In this document: in pieces, positions 38,865-51,549 of the stretch | How positions within the stretch are numbered: position 1 is the first letter of the stretch | How the letters are laid out: every line of letters begins with the position of its first letter | Assembly: GCF_035594765.1 (NCBI RefSeq) | Contig: NC_085841.1 | Coordinates: 47,723,636 to 47,787,635, forward strand | Source of the DNA: Anolis carolinensis | Taxonomy: Eukaryota | Direction: 5' to 3' | Length of the DNA: 64,000 nucleotides | Notes under the pieces: generated by a model | Database searches by the model: none | What the model was told of the DNA's origin: nothing | The model's input: only the letters and a program-made list of their open reading frames with translations | Made by a program: the position numbers and the translations under genes

Positions 38865-39615
38865 ATTTAAATAAAGGACAAGTGTGGTATTTACATAGCC
38901 TTCACCACTTTAAAAGTCTGCTGCTGGATTAGGCAAAGGAGGTGCTTTCATCTTCTGATCACAACCTGAGAAGAATGTTCCACTCCAGTGGACTGTATGT
39001 TATTTGCCTGAGGTCACACCAGCAATTAGGTACCAGTCTTCAGTTCCTTAAATCCTATATTCACAAATGTTCCCTGTTGCTGGCTCTCTTCTCAAATAAT
39101 CTCAAGGACATGCACAGCTGAGACCTTTTTTTTTCAGGTCCACAAAAGCTGGAACAGGTAACTCTTCCTCAATCTGCTCCCAGGAATACACTGACACTTT
39201 TTCAGCAGGCTCCTTCCATGGTTCAGAGCTTGGCTGAGGGGGTTGCTGGGCACTGCTGGTCTCCATCTCTACTGCTAAGCCTGGCACCAGCATCTCCTCA
39301 TCCATGCTTCTCAAGCTAACCACAACAGAACAGGGTTGGCATTTACAGAGTTATCTACTAAGCCTGCATAGTTACAGAACTGTGACTCTGGTTACAAACC
39401 TATTACTGAAATACTGAATGTATAGTGTCCATCTATAGAAGATCCATCTCTCACTATTACCAGGATATAAGACCAATTTGCAGTCCTGCCAGATGTTGCT
39501 GAAGTTCAACAGCCAGCACCCTCACTATTGGTTTTCCTGGCTCAAATTCTTGGAGGTTGCAGTCCCAAAACAACTGGATGCCACACTTGTTCAATCTTGA
39601 TATTTTGTTCTTACT

Positions 39616-39729
39616 ATCTAGTCAAGAAAACTGGATAACTAGGATTCTCATAAATTGAAGTCAACTTGAAGGCATTCAAGTTGACTTCAATTTATGAGAA
39701 TCCTAGTTATCCAGTTTTCTTGACTAGAT
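39616..39729. repeat. Perfect inverted repeat, 55-bp arms, 4-nt spacer
   Basis: 39616-39670 is the exact reverse complement of 39675-39729; the spacer is GGCA. Confidence 0.97.
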
Positions 39730-40150
39730 TTTTTTCAGAGGAGTGTTGTCTTTGCCTTCCCATAAGCAGAAAGAATTTGACTTTTCTAAGGTCACTCAAT
39801 GTATTTTCATGGATGAGCAGAGATTCAAACCCTGGTTGATTTAGTCCTAGCCCAACTTTATCTTTGGTGGTCTATTCAAATCATTCATATCAGTGACTAA
39901 ATAACATGCATAGTTATAAAAGCGGAACAATGTACCAGTGAGGAATTAAACATCTGTAAAAAGATACATTATATATGGCCTTTCAATTAATAGATCCACT
40001 AGTGGAGTTGATTTCTTAGCAAACATGCAGAGGACAGAAACAAAACAGGCAATGAGATATAGACCCTGTAAAACTTTAGCATCTATACTCACATTGGTGA
40101 TCAGATACTGAGTGAAAGTTGCTTCATCTTGTATGTAAAGGTAGTTGTCC

Positions 40151-40704
40151 TCATAGAATCATAGAATCATAGAATAGTAGAGTTGGAAGAGACCTCAAGG
40201 GCCATCTAGTCCAACCCCCCGCTAAGAAGCAGGAAATCGCATTCAAAGCACCCCCGACAGATGGCCATCCAGCCTCTGCTTGAAAGCCTCCAAAGAAGGA
40301 GCCTCCACCACGGCCCGGGGGAGAGAGTTCCACTGCCGAACAGCCCTCACAGTGAGGAAGTTCTTCCTGATGTTCAGGTGGAATCTCCTTTCCTGTAGTT
40401 TGAAGCCATTGTTCCGTGTCCTAGTCTGCAGGGCAGCAGAAAATAAGCTTGCTCCCTCCTCCCTATGACTTCCCCTCACATATTTGTACATGGCTATCAT
40501 GTCTCCTCTCAGCCTTCTCTTCTGCAGGCTAAACATGCCCAGCTCTTTAAGCCTCTCCTCATAGGGCTTGTTCTCCAGACCCTTAATCATTTTAGTTGCC
40601 CTCCTCTGGACGCTTTCCAGCTTGTCAGCATCTCCCTTCATCTGCGGTGCCCAAAACTGGACACAGTATTCCAGGTGTGGTCTGACCAAGGCAGAATAGA
40701 GGGG
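40151..40704 (-). mobile_element. Young 5'-truncated CR1 LINE (ORF2 C-terminus intact)
   Basis: The - strand ORF reads [20 protein letters not shown]...[16 protein letters not shown]...[15 protein letters not shown] without disablements, followed by a (TTCTATGA)n tail. Confidence 0.95.
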
Positions 40705-40740
40705 ATACATCCTCTCACTCAATGGCTGGGAGAGCAATCT

Positions 40741-40959
40741 AAGTGCATCCACTGTAGAATCAATGCTGTTTGACAACACTTTAACTACTCTGGCTCAGTT
40801 CCGTAGAACGCTGAGAGTTATAGTTTGGTGAATCATCAGCACTCTTGGCAAATAAGGCTAAAGACCTTGTAAAACTACAGCTCCTGTAATTCCATTGTTT
40901 TGAGCCAAGACAGTTAAAGTAGTGTCAAACTGCATTAACTATATACTATAGATGCACCC
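40741..40959. mobile_element. Harbinger MITE family A
   Basis: GTGCATC...TAGATGCACCC palindromic element. Confidence 0.75.
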
Positions 40960-41545
40960 TCAGGCTGCCTTTCCAAAAATAGGTGTGGTCTAGGTTGTCT
41001 TTTATACTTCCTTGGACAATGCCTGAAAAGCATTTACACCAGTGTAACTCAGAATGACACCAGCACAAACCACAAGCAGGATTCGTGTTTCTGGTTTATT
41101 GTTCTACCACATTACTCTTCTAAACTCCAAAAACAACAGTTATAATTAAAAATACTCAGAAATTGATTTTCTCCTCTGCGTACCATGCCTCCATTTATTA
41201 CAGATTTGAAAAGAAGAAATTATTTTCTTCCCTTTATTTTTCTTTCAGAGGACAGAAATAATCCCCAGGCAAGAAGGGAATTAATTCCACTCTTCATTTT
41301 ATAGATTAGATTAGTAGGTGGAATAGATTATTATTTTAAAAAAATAAAGGAAATTTAATTTTCTAAATATTTCTATGTTTTCTATTAGCCTAACTCTATG
41401 AAACATTTAAATTTCTAAGACTATAACATGATAACAGCTAGATAGCCTGGCTCTGGTGTGTCCTTATAAACACTGGTGCACAACTTGTAGCCCTACAAAT
41501 GCTCCCACCATCTGCTTCAACAATCTGCTACACTGAATGGACTTA

Positions 41546-41900
41546 GGGCCTCTTCACACGGTCCCAGGGGCTTTGCTGGCAGTCACCAGCAAAAGAAAAG
41601 GTGCACGGAGTGTCTCATGGCATCCCGCGTGCCCTCCCTTCTTCCCCCATCATATGGTGGGGACAAGACAAGGTGCCCATCAGATGGGAGAAAGGGTGGT
41701 AATGTGCAGCAATGCGCATTGCCCCATCACTCTTTTCCCCATCGTATGGGGAAAGGGGGAAGAAAGTACACTTCCCCTCTACTTAGGGAGGAATGTGAGC
41801 TGGGCCTGCCTAATGTCGTCAGATGATGTTCGGCTAGCCCCATCTAGGTCCCGTTGACCAAAGGAAAAATGGGGCTAAAAACCCCTGTGTGAAGAGGTCC
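41546..41900. mobile_element. GC-rich PIF/Harbinger MITE
   Basis: TIR GGGCCTCTTCACAC / GTGTGAAGAGGTCC with perfect TTA TSD (41543-41545, 41901-41903). Confidence 0.88.
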
Positions 41901-41952
41901 TTAATGGGAGTGGCAGTCCAACTGTTGCAACTTGCCTGCCCCTACTTAACCA

Positions 41953-42171
41953 GAGGTACATCTATTGTAGAATTAATACAGTTTGATACCATTTTAACTG
42001 GCCTGGCTCAATGCCATGGAATCCTGGAAGTTGTAATTTGGTAAAGCAGCAGAACTCATTGGCAGAGAAGGCTAAAGACCCTGTAGAACTAAAAATCCAA
42101 GGATTCCATAGCACTGAGCCATGGCGTTTAAAGTGGTGTCAAAACCACATCAGTTATACTGTATATACCTC
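41953..42171. mobile_element. Harbinger MITE family A
   Basis: Same palindromic body as the 40741 and 51550 copies. Confidence 0.75.
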
Positions 42172-42513
42172 TGGTGGCCTGTGATACATTTCAGTGGATT
42201 CCACTCCTGGACAAAACTAAGCATTTCCTTCACAGTGTGAGCAAGCTTCAAATGCATACATAGCACACATATCAGGCAGAAAGCAACAATAAACTTGCTA
42301 TCCTAATTTGGCCCCTAGAAATTCTTAATATTATAATCCACATAATGAAAAAAGCGAGTAGAGTATCTGCAAGGTACCAAATGTAAAATCTATACTAAAT
42401 GTTTGTTTTTAACACTGCACAATACTTGTCCACCAACTTCATGACCAAACATGGCAACCAAACAAAGCCCATAGTAAAAATTTGGAACAGATCTACAACT
42501 ACTCTGAGTAGAT

Positions 42514-42565
<52 letters not shown>

Positions 42566-42610
42566 TTATTACCCATCTCTCCATGTGGCTCGAGGCGGAA
42601 CACAACATCA
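42514..42610 (-). mobile_element. L2-type 3' end with (AAT)n tail
   Basis: (AAT)n followed by TTTATTACCCATCTCTCC..GGCTCGAGGCGG..CACA. Confidence 0.6.
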
Positions 42611-44157
42611 TTAAAACAAGAGATAAAACACTGTTAAAAGATATACAACTAAATACACAGAGTTAAAATACAAGTGTTACTTGTGAATTAACACTTCTGT
42701 TTTTTATATGTTTACTTTGGAACGCACATTCATGAACCTATTTTATCAGCTTGGATCATGACACCTAAAGCTGATATCCCCAACATTTTCCTGCAAATTA
42801 AAAGCCAGTCTGCAACTTTTCATAGGGGAGGGGGAAGTTGTTGCTTTAAGTATATTTGAATGAATGTTTACCTTGTGAAATAATCAATTTTGAAGATGTA
42901 GGAAGGCACAATGTTGGTTTCATTCAAATCCTCCACAATATGAGCAGTGCCAACTCTGTTTCCTTATTTCAGCCAAGGTCACATTTAGCTTCTTCTGACC
43001 ACTTTCTAGAGCAGGCCCCTAAAGTATCTCAGCAAAAGAAATAATTCCACAGTTTCCCTCAGCATCGTGACCCGGCAAAGTACTAGGGAAGTACCAGACC
43101 TTAGAGAAAAGAAAGCATCCTGGAGTTGAGAGAAAAGCTAACAAAAGAAAGGAAGACACACAGAGACCTATAGAAATGACAGTGTTTCACAGCTCACTAT
43201 TGTGGGAAGATCAATAAAAGTAACTCTCTGTGGAAAATGCTGGTTGATGGCATTGAGTCTGAAGCCCCATGGCACAAAAAACAAGGGAAATGAGATTCCT
43301 CTTTTGAAAATCCCCACAGAACTCTAGGAAAGCTACATATTGTTCTCATTTTTCTTTATTTCTAAAAAAAATGAACTGGATTTATGATGAAGTGCCTGAA
43401 TCCTGCTGTAAAGGAAGAGGTGAAAGAGTTAACTAAGGCAACGTTCTCTAACATGGTGCCTTTCAGCTGTGTTGGACTATAGCTGTTATCATCCCTAGTC
43501 TACATAGCCAGTTTGGAAGCCAGTTCGAGAAAAGCTGATAAATAATATGTAATCCCTAGCAGGTTAGAGATTCCAGATCAAGTTAGTTTTCTTTGCTTTA
43601 TTTAAGCAGAGCCTGCATTTAGTGATGGTAACACCAGCCCACTACTCCATTATGGGAAATGTATTGCAGAGCTTAGTTACATTCCTGCTTCTTCTTACAT
43701 TTTCAAATTCTCCAGAAAGAAAAGTGGTATTCTTCCTTTTGCAGCACTGCAAACCAACCTCCTAATCAATAACAAGTAAACCATTCCTCAAAGGAAGAAC
43801 AACCAATGTGATAGGCTGCCATAATAAAGCCTTTGGGGATCCCATATGTCCCACAACATTTATACAGGTAACCTTGGTTTTCCATAATATTTTTGTCAAA
43901 TCCCTCCTCCCAAATGTTTTTCAATTAGTTTTAGCAGATTTTCACAATTTTTAAGAAGTGGGGGGAGAGAGACTGAAAATTTCCAGAAGTAACTTCTTGT
44001 TGCCTGAAAATTACCTTTTATGTGCCACCAGGAACAACACACCAGTCCACCAATCCTCAGCATGTGCCCACCTTGAATTTACAACTAAACAAGACCTAAA
44101 TCTACCTTTTAAGGCACCAGTTCAATTCTTATCTTGAAGACTCAGCTCTAGTTAGTA

Positions 44158-44569
44158 CCGTGTTTCCCCGAAAATAAGACAGTGTCTTATATTAATTTTT
44201 GCTCCCAAAGATGTGCTAGGTCTTATTTTCAGGGGATGTCTTATTTTTCCATGAAGAAGAATTCACATTTATTGTTGAACAAAAAAAATGAACATTTATT
44301 ATGTACTGTACAGTAGTTGTCATCACAAACCAGCACAACCAGACAAACTGTGAATCCTATCAAGAATTTCTTATTACTACCATTATTTCCATGTATATGG
44401 TACGTACATTTATCGATCCTGCATGCTCTGGTGTTCTGTTTGGCAGGCATGCTTTCAAACAAAAATTTTGCTAGGTCTTACTTTCGGGGGAGGCCTTATA
44501 TTTAGCAATTCAGCAAAATCTCTACTGGGTCTTATTTTCTGGGGATGTCTTATTTTAGGGGAAACAGGG
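44158..44569. mobile_element. Tc2-type Tc1/mariner MITE
   Basis: TIR CCGTGTTTCCCCGAAAATAAGAC / GTCTTATTTTAGGGGAAACAGGG, TA TSD (44156-44157, 44570-44571), internal GTCTTATTTT repeats. Confidence 0.9.
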
Positions 44570-45254
44570 TAGTTGTATGGAAGACTACCAATTAATCCCA
44601 GTTGTTGTGGGCTATAATTCAGAGACTACTTCTGAGTATTCCTTGCCTAAGAAAACACTGTGAAGTTAATACAGTTATCATAAGACAATAGTTGACTTGA
44701 AGGCACATAAATACACACCAATGTAAATAAATCAGAGTGTCTAGCCCTGGCAGAGAGTCTACAGTTTAGTTCTAATGATCACATTTCAAGCAACAAAATA
44801 GTTTTTTTCAATAACAGCCTAGAAAGGGAGTGAGAAATCCCTAGTCAATTGACCTTTTCCATGTGGCTATATTCCCCTTCCAAAGCCCCATCTCACAAAA
44901 GGGAAAAGGGCTCCACAAGTAATACACTCAGGAGTATCCAGCCAGGACTCAGTGAACTCCCAGATCACAGATTTCCCCCATCTCCTGCTCCACTTCCCAC
45001 ATGGTAGCCAAAGTGGGAACAAAGTCAGGTACACTCAACTGCCTACCTCACAGGAGACTTGATCCCCAAGTTCAAGATTTGGCCTCATCCCAATGAGTTG
45101 GATGGTTGCAGTCTACTTTCTTCCCTCTTCCTCTGAGGTTCCAAAAGGAAAAGAAAAGGCAGTCCAAGCCCAGAAGTCAATATGTGAATGTGAACACTTT
45201 TGGAAAAATGAACAATTCTTAATTCAGAATCATTTTACTTGGATGACAGTGTGT

Positions 45255-45430
45255 GTATAACCCTTCAAGTCGACTTAAGATGACCCCATGAATTTAATCA
45301 ATTTCTTTCCTCTGAAATGCAGCCTATAGCACATGATATTTGTTAGTGATCTTCCATCCAAGTATCAACTAAGTCTAAGCCTACTTAGCTTCCATAAGAA
45401 GATGGGATCTGGTATCTTTGGGGTATTTAA
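45255..45430 (-). mobile_element. Degraded 5S rRNA-derived SINE
   Basis: CCATCCAAGTA...CCTACTTAGCTTCC...GATGGGATCTGG is a decayed reverse complement of the 5S internal control region. A weaker copy lies at ~26740-26800. Confidence 0.55.
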
Positions 45431-46403
45431 GCTCTCAACAACAACTACTACTACTACTACAAGACTTTATTATGGTCCATGACCAGCACAGAGTTGGATT
45501 TAAGCTCTCAAAGGCAGTACATATCTGAATATCAGCGTCTGGTGAAATAGAAAAAAAAAATGGGAGAATTATCAGGAGATAATACCTTCATCGAGACTTC
45601 CTCATTGACTGACCACTGTGGGAAACAAAACATGATGGGGCAAGAGACAGTAAAGTGAACGTCATAAAGTTAAAAAAGTTAAAAGAAAGAAAGAGAAGAA
45701 GGAGCGAAATGGAGCAGGAAGGAGCAAGGAATGTGAAGATAAGTAACTAAGGCATCACTAAGGCTGAAGAGTACAGATCTGTATGGCAAGTCAAAAGAAG
45801 ATATGGGGGGCGGGGAAGAGAATAAGAAATTGTTTTGGAACAGAAATAATTATTTGCTTCACTTTAGAACATAGAAATAAACAAGAACTGTTCATAGAAC
45901 ATAGAAGATGCAGAGGAGCTGAAAGATTTTGAGAGGGAACAAACAAAAAGAAGAGAAAAGGGATGTTTGATTCATGTGGACGTACGTGCATGTTGGCATC
46001 AGTTGAGACTATAAAACCCATATTTTAGAGACCGTCAAAGGCGGCACTCATTGGACTTGATTGTAACCACCCCTAGTATTTTTTCTGCAGAATTAAAACT
46101 ATGGTATTTTTATATCTTTATATCAGTGTTTGGTCTTCAAAATGTTTTGGAGTTCACCTTTCAGAAACCTTAAGAGAATGATTCATGGGCAGAGATTTGG
46201 GGAGTTAAAAGTTCTAAAAGTTTTAACACTTCTGACATAATAATACCAGCATTTTTCTATAGCTAATATATGGATTGGATACAATGTATCTGGGGGGTAT
46301 GTTTCAAGACTCCATTGACTACCTGAAACTTCAGATAATAACAAACTATATTTTGACTTTACTTGGGCCAGAAACATAATTTAATATAGCATTGGGGGAC
46401 ATA

Positions 46404-46858
46404 GGGCCCTTCCACACAGCCCTATATCCCAAAATATCAAGGCAGAAAATCCTACATTATCTGAGTGTGGACTCAGATTATTATTTTTTTCGTCTCAGGA
46501 GCAACTTAAGAAACTGAAAGTCGCATCTGGTGTGAGAAAATTGGCCATCTGCAAAGACGTTGCCCAGGAATTGCCCAGATGTTTTTGATATTTTTACTAT
46601 CATTGTGGGAAGCTTCTCTCATGTCCCCGCATGGAGCTGGAGCTGATAGAGGGAGCTCATCCGTGCTCTCCCCAGGTTGGCTTCAAACCGGCAACCTTCA
46701 GATCAGCAACCCAACCTTCAAGTCATCAGTCCTGCTGGTACAAGAGTTTAACCCACTGCACCACCGGGGACTCCTGAACTCAGATAACCCAGTTCAAAGC
46801 AGATAATGTGGGATTTTCTGCCTTGATATTCTGGGATATAGGGCTGTGTAGAAGACCC
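46404..46858. mobile_element. Harbinger-like MITE with ~58-bp TIRs, hosting a SINE
   Basis: GGGCCCTTCCACACAGCCCTATATCCCAAAATATCAAGGCAGAAAATCCTACATTATCT pairs with the right end at 46801-46858. Confidence 0.85.
46479..46774 (-). mobile_element. Anolis SINE2-like tRNA SINE nested in the MITE
   Basis: The - strand head is GGAGTCCCCGGTGGTGCAGTGGGTTAAAC and the 3' end is TTGCTCCTGAGACG+A-rich. Flanked by TG(G/A)ACTCAGAT direct repeats. Confidence 0.8.
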
Positions 46859-47829
46859 ACAAACACTTCCAGGGTGAATACTTTTGGTAAGTGAAAAAGT
46901 GGATATTGAATCTCCAGATAAGGAAGTCACACTGTACTTTTAAAGTTGGACTGCATGATACAGCTCTGCATCATTCAAGTAAGGTTCATTTTTTAAAGGA
47001 GCTGATCCTATTTGCTTCTTCTAAGCCCAACTTAAACAAGTCCTTTGTGTTTCATCGCATTCGGCATGGAGCTTTGTGGCCCATTGCTCTCTCTGCCAGC
47101 TCCAGACAAGGTTCCTGCCAGAACAGACTTGGCTTCCTAAGCTTACCAAGATCGATGAGCCCACATCAGCTCACAACAGCCTCTGAGTGTTTCTCTGCTC
47201 CATAGAAGGATGCCAATTGCAATCACAGCAAGAATTCCACATGTCTCCACCACTCACTGACATTTCCCTAGGAAGACGCCTAGCATTTCTCACTCAGCCC
47301 ATGATTAATATTTATGCTACATCTGTGGCTCAACATCTGATCTTGGCAAGACAGGACTAAGGGAGCAAACGCAAAAGCAAAAAGATCCTGGTGATAAATA
47401 CGCTCCTGCATCCCAATGCATTGTTCAACACACTTTAAACAAGAAGACAGATATGTTTTCCTAAAATTGTGTTAATGTGGATAGATATTAAGCTTCACAG
47501 TTAGAAGATGAGATATGAATGAAAAGCTACTGATTCAAATTATGAATTCACTGAGTATTGATAAGAAGCATAAAGCTTGGAGAAGTTACTTTGGGAATGA
47601 GAACTCCCAGAATTCCCAGTGGCTGTGCTAACTTGGTGGTAGAAGGCGGCGGGAATCTGGGCGTTATAATTCTAGAAGTAACATCCAAGCTCTGGAGGAA
47701 AACATGATATTTAGACTTGTCAAGCTACAATCGTATAAACATATACATAGAAATTAAATTATAGTGAAATAATCACCTCTTATCTAATTAGACATGTATA
47801 GGATTGTACATATAATTTTATCACCTTGC

Positions 47830-48037
47830 CTCCAATTTTGATTACACTCACTGCCCCTGACTATTGGTTATCGGTTTTGAGTCTGTTTTTATTGTATTTT
47901 ACATGCCTTATGATTTTATGTTTACATATTTTAAATGTATTTATGTTATTGTATTTTATTGTGTATTACCCGGCTTGGTCCCCATGTGAGCCGCCCCAGG
48001 TCCTTTCGGGGAGATGGAGTGGGATACAAAAATAAAG

Positions 48038-48075
<38 letters not shown>
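47830..48075 (+). mobile_element. L2-type LINE 3' UTR with (GTT)n tail
   Basis: T-rich UTR, TGTGAGCCGCCCCAGGTCCTTTCGGGGAGATGGAGTGGGATACAAAAATAAA, then (GTT)13. Confidence 0.65.
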
Positions 48076-48076
<1 letters not shown>

Positions 48077-51000
48077 CCCCATCTAAAGTATACAAATTGT
48101 ACCAACCTATAATATGAAAACATTATTGAGAGAATATGTGAGAAACTTTCCAATCTCACAAAGAAAATAAATATCACAGAATAAAAGCTATGTATTATTA
48201 TTTTTATCCTCGTGAAACAATCAATTGAGCTCTGGAGGAAAGCCATCAAGAGAGATATTTAAAAAGGTACAAAGGCATCCTGCCTAAGCACTTAAACAAG
48301 CAAATGTGGTTTTTGGTATTTTTGGCAACTCTCTCAGGTTAGAGCTCCATTAGATGTGTTGAACTACAATTTCAATTTATCACAGCCAGCATGTTGGCAG
48401 CATAGTCCAACACATTTAAAGGATACCAAGTGAGGAAGGGCTGTGCAGCTAATTATAAAAAGCAGGAACTGATAAAGAAGTTTTAGTCAATTGCTGCTAC
48501 CATGATTGCTGCTAAACTCTAAATGGAATAATGTGTTTGATTCTCTCTCTCTAAACTTCAGAACAAAAATGGTATCCTTTAAAATTTTGTGTCAACTGCA
48601 TGGATGTTGATATAGATGAAGAGATGTTTTGTGCCAGAGAGAATACCTAAGGACTTCACCCTTGGGGGGGGGGGGGGGAGTGGGGGGAATCGTCTTCTTT
48701 CCACTTCATCACATAACTTAAATTCCACTGAATTCTACACTTAAAATCTGGTATTCTGTGGGTCCACTACATTCGTTTTGGTTAAAGTGCAGTTTTTGAG
48801 TCTTTTAAACGTTGAGGGCAGCATTTTATCCAACGTATCAGGAAGAGGCGAGGAAATGTATTTTTCTCAAAACTCTGGATATTTTGCCAAATTTTGAATG
48901 AAGTAGCACTCGTTGCCCTCAGGTTAGCATCACCCAATTTGTGGGAGGAGTCAAAATAAACTTTTTTGGGTAATTTCCTTTTGCTCCCCACGCAGGAAGG
49001 TTTGGTTGTAAGCTACCTCATAACACTTCTACTTTGCAAAAAAATAAAATAACCTTTTAGGATACCTTTTTCCTTCCTTCCATGATTTGTCTGTGTCCTG
49101 TGTTGGGAGGGCCAGTGCTGCTGACGTTCCAAATGGGATTCCCTCCCACCCCTTCTCTCTCTCTCCCCCTCTCGACTGTTGGGAATTGTGGGAGCTGAAG
49201 TACCAAAAAGCACTGAGAGGAATGGTGGGTGGGGCCAAATGTCTGCAGTGTGGAAACCTCTTCATTGAAAAATATGCAAGACAACTGAGTGAACTAAACA
49301 ATGTGATTGTAAGGTAGGGAAACACTCCTTTTTATTATGGAATGGAGTTAGACTGAACTCTCTTCTTCTGAACACTTCTGAACACTTCCCAGTGTAATCT
49401 GATGAAGTCCCTAATCATAGCATTTCGTTTCATTCCATTCATAAGGAAAATGGCTAAAATATTAACTCCCATCGCACACGATGTACTTTTGTCCATTTTT
49501 ACAGTAATCCTCTGTCTTCTGAGCTATCACAGGGGTGAGTGTATTCTCCACCCATACCGATTTCTTTTTTTATTTTAATTCAAAAGGGAGAATCCCTGGA
49601 ATTGTGGAAGTCCAAAATCAAGATCTAAAAAGGGGAAAACACAGCTACCACAAACTGGTAATATATCAAAAGTGCATATTTCCTAAATAATAAATTATTT
49701 TTTAAAATACTGTAAAAGTTTCATGCAAGAGGATTAAGGGCAAGAAAAGGAGCACCAAGACACATTTTGAGACCGCCCACAGGAATGCCTACACTTTGAT
49801 GTCATGGCAACAATCTAACATAGGGAAATCTGACCATTCCTATCCCATGTTAAAATAAGCATAATTTCTGCGTGAATCAGGATTGCTCCCGAACTCCAAA
49901 ACCTCAGTTTCTACACATTTTAAAAACAGTTTAAAGATGGAATCCCAAAGGGAACTGCCAGAAGTTGTTTTGTGTCATATAATGGGCTCCATGGAACTCG
50001 GTCTACAAACTGCTTTTAAAGTGTGTAGAAATCGGGAGGAGGGGAAGGGACCCTGTGTCTAATGAGGTCCTAAATAATACAAGCAAGCAAAGTGGGTCAT
50101 TCCTATGAAAAAATGTACCTGTAACTTGAAATATTTTTATTCTTTAGATTAAACCTGGTAATAACTTTGATTTTTTTTTACTTTTTTCTTGAATGTTCTG
50201 TACATTTTATAGTTCTTTGCAAAAATGTTTGAAAGCAATGCTTTTGGGATCCTTTTATTTTATCAGTTTTAAACGTATTTATTATGCAATGCTTTTGACA
50301 CAAAATAAATAAAAGCTCTTTGCAATGGCCTTTGGGTAGCCCAATAAATACATTGATTTAAATATCCATAAAAGTACTACCTGTTTCCCAGTGTGTTGCA
50401 AAACCCACGAGAAAATCCCATACAACTACAAAATCATAGAAATAGAATTGGAAGAGATCGCAAGGACTATCCAGTTGAATCTCCTACCATGCTGTTGCTG
50501 AAATAATTCCACTTTTCTGTAAATGCTTCTATGCTTCAGATTATGCCTTGAGAATATAGAGGGTATTCAACAAGTCCCATGAAAAGTTATTCTATTACTG
50601 TCTTAAAACCACTCTGCCCCAATTGTGAATCAGATCCCAAGTCAGAGCTGGTCTGGCCATGAAGCAAAGTGAACCAACCCTCTCAAGTAGAAAAAGTTGC
50701 AGGATGATACAGTCCTGACTTCTCCTCCTGAGTCCCCTGATGGTTTCTGTTTGGTGGAAGGAAGATCTCTGTGTGCAAAAGGTGAGCTACTGGTACCTTA
50801 AATTGTCCTCTGCCCTCAACTGTAGTGAAGGCTGATCTCCCACTAGTGGTATATTTGTAAGTTTCAGCATTAGTCTAGAATGAAGGAATAGATGCCCCAT
50901 GTTATTCCTGTATTTCCCATCCATGCTTCCCACTTTCAAACAACTTTTCCTCAGACTCTTAACTTTAGGATTCAGACTGTCTGAAATCACCCTTGGTTTT

Positions 51001-51549
51001 CCTTGCAGGACTTGACAGCACAGTCATAAAAATGAAAGATTTTAAAAATAACACACAGCACTGCGAAAGTGAGAAACTTCATTGGCCACCACCCCTCCCT
51101 CTGAGTACTCCGCACAGCTTGCACCAGCCTTGTCAGCCTTCCTCAGGACTGTCTCCATGATTTATGGTGTTAATAACCCAGTCGGAATCTAGCCAGACCC
51201 CTGGGGCTCATAACCAGCCGCTCACATCCAGTGTGGCACAAGTGGAGCTTTGCTTCCGAAAAGGTCTCTCCACTGCTTCTCCCTCATGAAGGCCATCTCA
51301 AGAGATGATGGGACATGCTATACATGCTTATGCTTCATGGGTCCTCGTGGTCTGTCTTTGGTGGTATTTCTGTTCAAATGATAGCAACTATTTTAATCTA
51401 ATCCCTTCTGGATATATTCAAAGATGTGGATACACCCCTCTTGAAGGTACCAAATTAGTACATCACCCTGAACAACTTTTTAAAAGTCTGGGCTACTCCT
51501 AAAAGTGAATCAATAGTACCTAGCTATCATTGACTTAATAGATTTAATT

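Noticed and set aside
40243-40779. 178-aa ORF as a host gene
   Set aside because: It is the C-terminus of CR1 ORF2 in a 5'-truncated copy.
45330-45430. 5S rRNA gene
   Set aside because: Heavily diverged, partial and attached to a SINE body.
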